Source of the DNA: Acidimicrobiia bacterium
Lineage (GTDB): Bacteria > Actinomycetota > Acidimicrobiia > UBA2766
Assembly (NCBI GenBank): GCA_046331095.1
Contig: JAXLRM010000004.1
Span: forward strand, 324,316-388,315
Direction: 5' to 3'
Length of the DNA stretch: 64,000 nt
This document shows, in pieces, positions 59,782 to 64,000 of this stretch. A model generated the notes under the pieces. That model searched no databases and had not been told where the DNA came from. It was given only the letters and a program-made list of their open reading frames with translations. Both the position numbers and the translations under genes were made by a program. The stretch's first letter is position 1. The number at the start of each line of letters is the position of its first letter.

Positions 59782-60630
59782 TCAGGACGCGAACGTCGCC
59801 TTGGCCTGCTTGAGGACGACGTTGCCCTTCTGGGTCTCGGCCTGGACGATCGCCTCGCCGTCGCCCTCGACCCACATCTTCACGATGATCGTGTCGCCGG
59901 GGTAGACCTGGTCGCTGAAGCGACCCTCGAGTCCGAGGAACTTGGCGGGGTCGTCGCCGCAGAGCGTGTGCAGGACGCCGCGGCCCACGAAGCCGAACGT
60001 GCAGAGGCCGTGGATGAACGGCGCCTGGAAGCCGACCGCCTTGGCGAAGTCGGGGTCGACGTGGAGCGGGTTGACGTCGCCGCTGAGGCGGTAGATCGCG
60101 GCCTGCTCCGGACGTGTGAGGTCCTCCCACACGTGGTCGGGGTCGCGCTCGGGCGCGACATTGACCGTCTTGGTGTCGGGGCCGCGCTCGCCGCCGAAGC
60201 CGCCGGCGCTGCGGTCGACGATGCCGAAGCGGTTCGTGAAGATCGGCCCGTCCTTGTCGGAGGTGACCGCCTCGACGTTGACCACGCCCATCTTGGTCTT
60301 GTCCCACACCTCGAGGATCTTGCCGCGAGTGGTGACCTTGGCGTTGGGCGGGATCTCACGGTGCAGCGTGATGCCTTGCTCACCGTGGAGGATCATCGCC
60401 GGGTTGAGCTGCACCTTGGAGAAGATCGCCGCCATCGCCGGAAAGGCGGGGATCACGGCGTAGGTGGGCAGCACCTTGGGACCCTTGCCCTCGTAGACGA
60501 ACTCGAGCTCGCCTTCGGGCTTCGCCCCCACCCCGAGGGCGTAGAGCATGGTGTCCTTGGCGGTCCACTCGAAGGGCACCTCGTCGATCTCGATGCCGAC
60601 ACAGTCAGAAGAGAGGGGTACAGCGCTCAT
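59782..60630 (-). CDS. MaoC-like double-hotdog (R)-specific enoyl-CoA hydratase/dehydratase
   Basis: YRLSGDVNPLHVDPDFAKAVGF hydratase-2 motif in the C-terminal hotdog domain. Confidence 0.87.
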   Translation of the reverse strand: MSAVPLSSDCVGIEIDEVPFEWTAKDTMLYALGVGAKPEGELEFVYEGKGPKVLPTYAVIPAFPAMAAIFSKVQLNPAMILHGEQGITLHREIPPNAKVTTRGKILEVWDKTKMGVVNVEAVTSDKDGPIFTNRFGIVDRSAGGFGGERGPDTKTVNVAPERDPDHVWEDLTRPEQAAIYRLSGDVNPLHVDPDFAKAVGFQAPFIHGLCTFGFVGRGVLHTLCGDDPAKFLGLEGRFSDQVYPGDTIIVKMWVEGDGEAIVQAETQKGNVVLKQAKATFAS

Positions 60631-60678
60631 GGGGGCGAATCATTGCCACCAACCGATCGGCGGGTCAAGAAGCCCCGA

Positions 60679-60794
60679 TCTGACGTGCGCGGGTGGGTGA
60701 CCAGGGGGTGGTGCGCTACGCGCGCACGTGGGGTTCGGGTCTGACTTGCGCGTGTGGGTGACCGGGGGGTGGTGCGCTACGCGCGCACGTGGGG
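60679..60794 (+). repeat. family-C tandem hairpin repeat, 61-nt period, 2 units
   Basis: ACGTGCGCG at 60683, degenerate copy ACTTGCGCG at 60744, and CGCGCACGT at 60721 and 60782. G-rich loop GGTGGGTGACC(A/G)GGGGGTGGTGCGCTA. Confidence 0.88.
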
Positions 60795-60801
60795 TCACAG
60801 C

Positions 60802-63399
60802 TCACTCGTCGGTGATCGCTCCCATCAGGTCGAGGTTGCCGGCCTCGACGCCTGGTGGCAGCGACGCGATCACGGCGACGCCGACGGCGAGGCCGGCCGC
60901 GATCGCGATGTTGGCCGGCATGAGCGCCCACGGGATCGGCGTGGGCAGCAGCGCCGGTGACGCCACGGTGGACAGCCAGGTCAGCAAGACACCACCGGCA
61001 GCGCCGAGAACGGCCCCGAGAGCCCCCATCACGAGACCCTCGTACACGAGCGTGCGCCACTCGACCGGTGCGCTGAAGCCCACGAAGCGCAACACCGCAC
61101 GCAGGCGCCGGCGCTGGAGCATGCTCAGCACCAGGAAGTTCGTGACGGCGAGGCCGGCGATGACGAGCAGCAGGATCCCCATCACCTGGATCGGACGCAG
61201 GAAGCGGTTGATGCTGGCCGAGGCCTCTTCACGCAGTGCGGCGCCGTCGAGGACCGCGAGGCCGAGGCTCGCGCCCGACGCGTCGACCGCTGCCTGCATG
61301 CCCGCCGTGTCGACGCCCGGCGCCGGGCCGACGAGGAGCGTCTCGACCGGCGCCGCCCAGTAGCGGCTCGCGGTCGCGTCGGAGGTGACGACGTTGTCGC
61401 CGATGCCGTTGTCGACCCCGAACAGGGGCACGCCGACCGCGGCGACGGCGAACTCGTGCATGCCCTCGATCGTCGGCAGCACGATCGAGTCGCCTGCGGC
61501 CACACCCTCACGCTGGGCGAAGAGCTCGGTCAGTACCACCTCGCCGGCGTCGACGCGGCGCCACACCGCTTCTGGGTCCGCGCTCCGGAGGGCAACGCTG
61601 CGCCTGCGTGTCTCGGCGTCGGTGTCGGTGCTCGTGACGTTCACGCCGTTCGTGCTCCAGTCGAGCACCGCGAGACGGATCGGGTTCACCCAGCCGACCT
61701 CCGGCAGTGCCCGCACGCGGTCGAGGCTCGCGGGATGGACGTGGGCGTCGATCTGTGCCGCCGTCGCCCGCGGGAGCATGTACATGCGGTCGCCGACCTC
61801 GTCCGCTACGTGGGTCGCGAGCGTCGACGACGCGATCGAGTTCACGTTCATGGTGGTCAGCACGACCATGACCCCGAGGGAGAGCGTGGTGACGACCGCG
61901 GACATGCGGATCGGGTCGCGGGACACGTCCGCCGCGGTGAGCCTGCCGGCGGCGCCCGCGACCCGACTCCAGCGGGCGATCAGCCGCAGGACCACGGGCG
62001 TGATGCCGAAGACGAACATCAGGGCACCGACGGCGCCGATGCCGATCGAGGCGAGGCCCACGGCGAGGCCGGCCTTGCCGTTGCCGAACGCCCACGCGAG
62101 GGCGGCAGCGGCAGGAACCAGCGCCACCCCCGACAGCGGCCACCGCGGCGCCTCGTACACCGGCAGGATGCCCGCCTGCTCCCGGATCGCGAGCAGGCTC
62201 CCCTCTCGCACCAGCCGCACGGCCGGCACGGCTGCCGCGGCTGTGCCACAGAGCAGGCCGGAGACGATGCCCACGGGCAGGACCCACCAGTGCCACGCGG
62301 TGTCGAGCGAGGCACCGGTGCCGCGCAGGATGCTCGCCCCGACCGTGTGGGTGAGCCACACACCGATCAGGTGCCCCGGGACCACCGCGACGAGCCCACC
62401 GAGAGCGCCGAGCAGGGCCCCCTCGAGGGTCAGGCCCGCGATCGTGCGCCGCGGGCTCGAGCCGAGCACCTCTGCGACCGCGAGCGACTGGCGCCTGTCG
62501 TCCAACGAGAGCGTGAACGAGTTCACCGCGATGAGCACCCCTCCGACGAGGACGAGCACCCCCGTGAACGCCAGCAGTCCTCGTGTGAGGCTCAGGAACA
62601 ACGCGAGGTCGGTACGGGGAGGACGCGCCTCGGCGACGGGCCCTACCACGGCTTCGAGCGCATCCGCCGCACCTACGTCGGACGGGGTGGTCTGGACGAG
62701 GACCGAGTCGAGGAACGGACCTTCGCCGAGGAGTTCCTGGACGTCGGGCACCGCACCGAGCACGGCGGCGCCGTCGTTGAGCTCCTCGGGAAGGTCCGCC
62801 ACACGGCCGACGTGTGCGGCGTCCGCGGGCCCGCCCTGGACCCCGAACGCGTCGCCGGGGGCGAGGCCGAGGTCGGCTGCGATCTTGGACCCCAGTACGA
62901 GGCCCGGTCCCGGGCCCGCTGCCGTGTCCCCGGGCCCGAGCAGTTCGTCGCAGTCGATACCGGCCGACAGGAGAGCGAGGCTGCAGTCGGTGCCGAGCAG
63001 GAGCGCCCCCGCGGCGTCACCGCCCGCGTGCACGATCGTGAGCCCGCCGATGACCGGAGTCGCGGTTGCGACCCCCGGGACCGCGCGCACGGTCCTGATG
63101 GTGTCCTCCGGGAGCCTGCCGTGGACCAGCGGCGTGACCTGGAGGTCGGCGAGCTGCGCCACGGTGGCGCTCAAGGAGCTGAACGGCCGGCCTATTGCCT
63201 GCAACATCAGCAGGATCGCGAGCAGGAGGCTCGTCCCGAGGGCTACACCGACGACGACGAGCGCGGTGACGACGCGCCGGCGTGCGAGTGGCATCAGGTG
63301 CAGGCGCTTGAAGACCGCGGCGCGCGACGCCCACGAGCCGCGGCGCTCCACCTCGGCGTCTGTTCCGTTGCTCTCGGGCAATTCGGTGGATTTGGGCAT
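60802..63399 (-). CDS. FtsX/MacB-type ABC transporter permease with duplicated FtsX domains, no adjacent ATPase
   Basis: 866 aa. The TM1 - large extracytoplasmic domain - 3 TM pattern occurs twice. ATG 63399 (MPKSTEL). Confidence 0.82.
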   Translation of the reverse strand: MPKSTELPESNGTDAEVERRGSWASRAAVFKRLHLMPLARRRVVTALVVVGVALGTSLLLAILLMLQAIGRPFSSLSATVAQLADLQVTPLVHGRLPEDTIRTVRAVPGVATATPVIGGLTIVHAGGDAAGALLLGTDCSLALLSAGIDCDELLGPGDTAAGPGPGLVLGSKIAADLGLAPGDAFGVQGGPADAAHVGRVADLPEELNDGAAVLGAVPDVQELLGEGPFLDSVLVQTTPSDVGAADALEAVVGPVAEARPPRTDLALFLSLTRGLLAFTGVLVLVGGVLIAVNSFTLSLDDRRQSLAVAEVLGSSPRRTIAGLTLEGALLGALGGLVAVVPGHLIGVWLTHTVGASILRGTGASLDTAWHWWVLPVGIVSGLLCGTAAAAVPAVRLVREGSLLAIREQAGILPVYEAPRWPLSGVALVPAAAALAWAFGNGKAGLAVGLASIGIGAVGALMFVFGITPVVLRLIARWSRVAGAAGRLTAADVSRDPIRMSAVVTTLSLGVMVVLTTMNVNSIASSTLATHVADEVGDRMYMLPRATAAQIDAHVHPASLDRVRALPEVGWVNPIRLAVLDWSTNGVNVTSTDTDAETRRRSVALRSADPEAVWRRVDAGEVVLTELFAQREGVAAGDSIVLPTIEGMHEFAVAAVGVPLFGVDNGIGDNVVTSDATASRYWAAPVETLLVGPAPGVDTAGMQAAVDASGASLGLAVLDGAALREEASASINRFLRPIQVMGILLLVIAGLAVTNFLVLSMLQRRRLRAVLRFVGFSAPVEWRTLVYEGLVMGALGAVLGAAGGVLLTWLSTVASPALLPTPIPWALMPANIAIAAGLAVGVAVIASLPPGVEAGNLDLMGAITDE

Positions 63400-63508
63400 C
63401 GAGGTCGGACCGCCCGTCGCGGGTCGTTCACGCCGAGTCGGGCATTCGTGGCAGGTGAGCCCGAGCGGCCTGGCGAATCTAAGGCAAGCCGCGACGGTGC
63501 AACCAAGA

Positions 63509-63530
63509 ACGACCATTGGGCGATGGTCGT
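63509..63530. promoter_or_regulatory. 8-bp perfect inverted repeat ACGACCAT-N6-ATGGTCGT in the FtsX / UbiA divergent region
   Basis: Seen directly, 21 nt upstream of ATG 63551. Function unknown. Confidence 0.25.
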
Positions 63531-63550
63531 CATCATGCTCGCAGGGGTGG

Positions 63551-64000
63551 ATGTTGTCGGCCGCTGCCTACTTCTTCGAACTGCTGCTGGGCCCCCGCTG
63601 CCTCCTGGTCAGCGGCGTGCTCCCGCTGCTCGTCGGGACGGGCTTCGCATACCTCCAACGTGGCACGTGGAGCTGGCCCGTCGCCGCCCTCGCGGTCGTC
63701 GCGGCGGTCTGCGGCGTGCAGGCCGGAATGATCCTCGACGACCTCGCCGACCACGCCGGGGACGCCGCGAACTCCCGCCGCGTCGACGGGCTCTCCGGTG
63801 GGGGACGCGGCCTCACCGACGGGGCGGTCTCGCGCCGCACCCTCTTCGCCGTCGGTGCGGTCGTGGCCGCGAGCGCCGGGTTGGCGGCCACCGCGATCGC
63901 GGTCGCGAGACCGGCCACGATACCGATCGCAGTAGCGGCGATCCTCGTCGCGACCCTGTACTCGGTGGGGCCGCGGCTCGTGAAGCACGGCCTCGGCGAC
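63551..64000 (+). CDS. UbiA-family prenyltransferase, N-terminal 150 codons (3' end outside window)
   Basis: Not in the ORF track because no stop lies inside the window. Translation is MLSAAAYFFELLLGPRCLLVSGVLPLLVGTGFAYLQRG...GMILDDLADHAGD (Asp-rich DDxxD motif), with hydrophobic helices. Confidence 0.65.
   Translation, partial: MLSAAAYFFELLLGPRCLLVSGVLPLLVGTGFAYLQRGTWSWPVAALAVVAAVCGVQAGMILDDLADHAGDAANSRRVDGLSGGGRGLTDGAVSRRTLFAVGAVVAASAGLAATAIAVARPATIPIAVAAILVATLYSVGPRLVKHGLGD

Overview
The window is a very high-G+C chromosomal core segment of actinobacterial type. G+C was judged by eye, not computed. The gene order resembles Mycobacterium/Corynebacteriales core regions: iscS-mnmA, etfBA, pyrE, ligA, metF, gatCAB, ilvBN. 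I support about 57 protein-coding genes. They are tightly packed, and at least 12 adjacent pairs share 4-nt ATGA/GTGA stop-start overlaps. I found no rRNA, tRNA, CRISPR array, transposase, integrase or recognisable defence genes. Besides housekeeping genes, the content is a conserved five-gene MoxR cluster (membrane protein, DUF4129, DUF4350, MoxR, DUF58) and many lipid/acyl-CoA genes: WS/DGAT, FadD-like ligase, SDRs, MaoC dehydratase, acyl-CoA dehydrogenase, aldehyde dehydrogenase, CoA-transferase, P450 and several alpha/beta hydrolases. There are also three MFS transporters, a group-2-like sigma factor, an Eis-like GNAT and an FtsX-type permease with no ATPase gene beside it.

Observations the gene list does not explain:
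1. A superfamily of 61-64 nt hairpin units, mostly in tandem arrays of 2-3, fills at least seven intergenic gaps. Family-specific stems covary, the architecture and linker are shared, and the G-rich strand is always the + strand. One array ends in a textbook G-quadruplex motif.
2. gatA is split over three reading frames by six clustered 1-2 nt deletions, exactly across the amidase-signature region. Every catalytic motif is still readable in some frame.
3. One translationally coupled operon joins an acetoacetate-decarboxylase-family protein, an acyl-CoA dehydrogenase, a lone cytoplasmic NarG-like (Asp-ligand type II) molybdoenzyme alpha subunit and a TetR regulator. A 21-bp palindrome lies at its 5' end.
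4. An intact alpha/beta hydrolase is coupled to, and sits beside, two paralogues that have lost the catalytic nucleophile.
5. A 10-bp-phased hexamer array nested in a stem lies upstream of a secreted 3D-domain protein.
6. A candidate leaderless Ala-rich uORF lies upstream of WS/DGAT.

All family assignments come from by-eye motif recognition. No database search was run.
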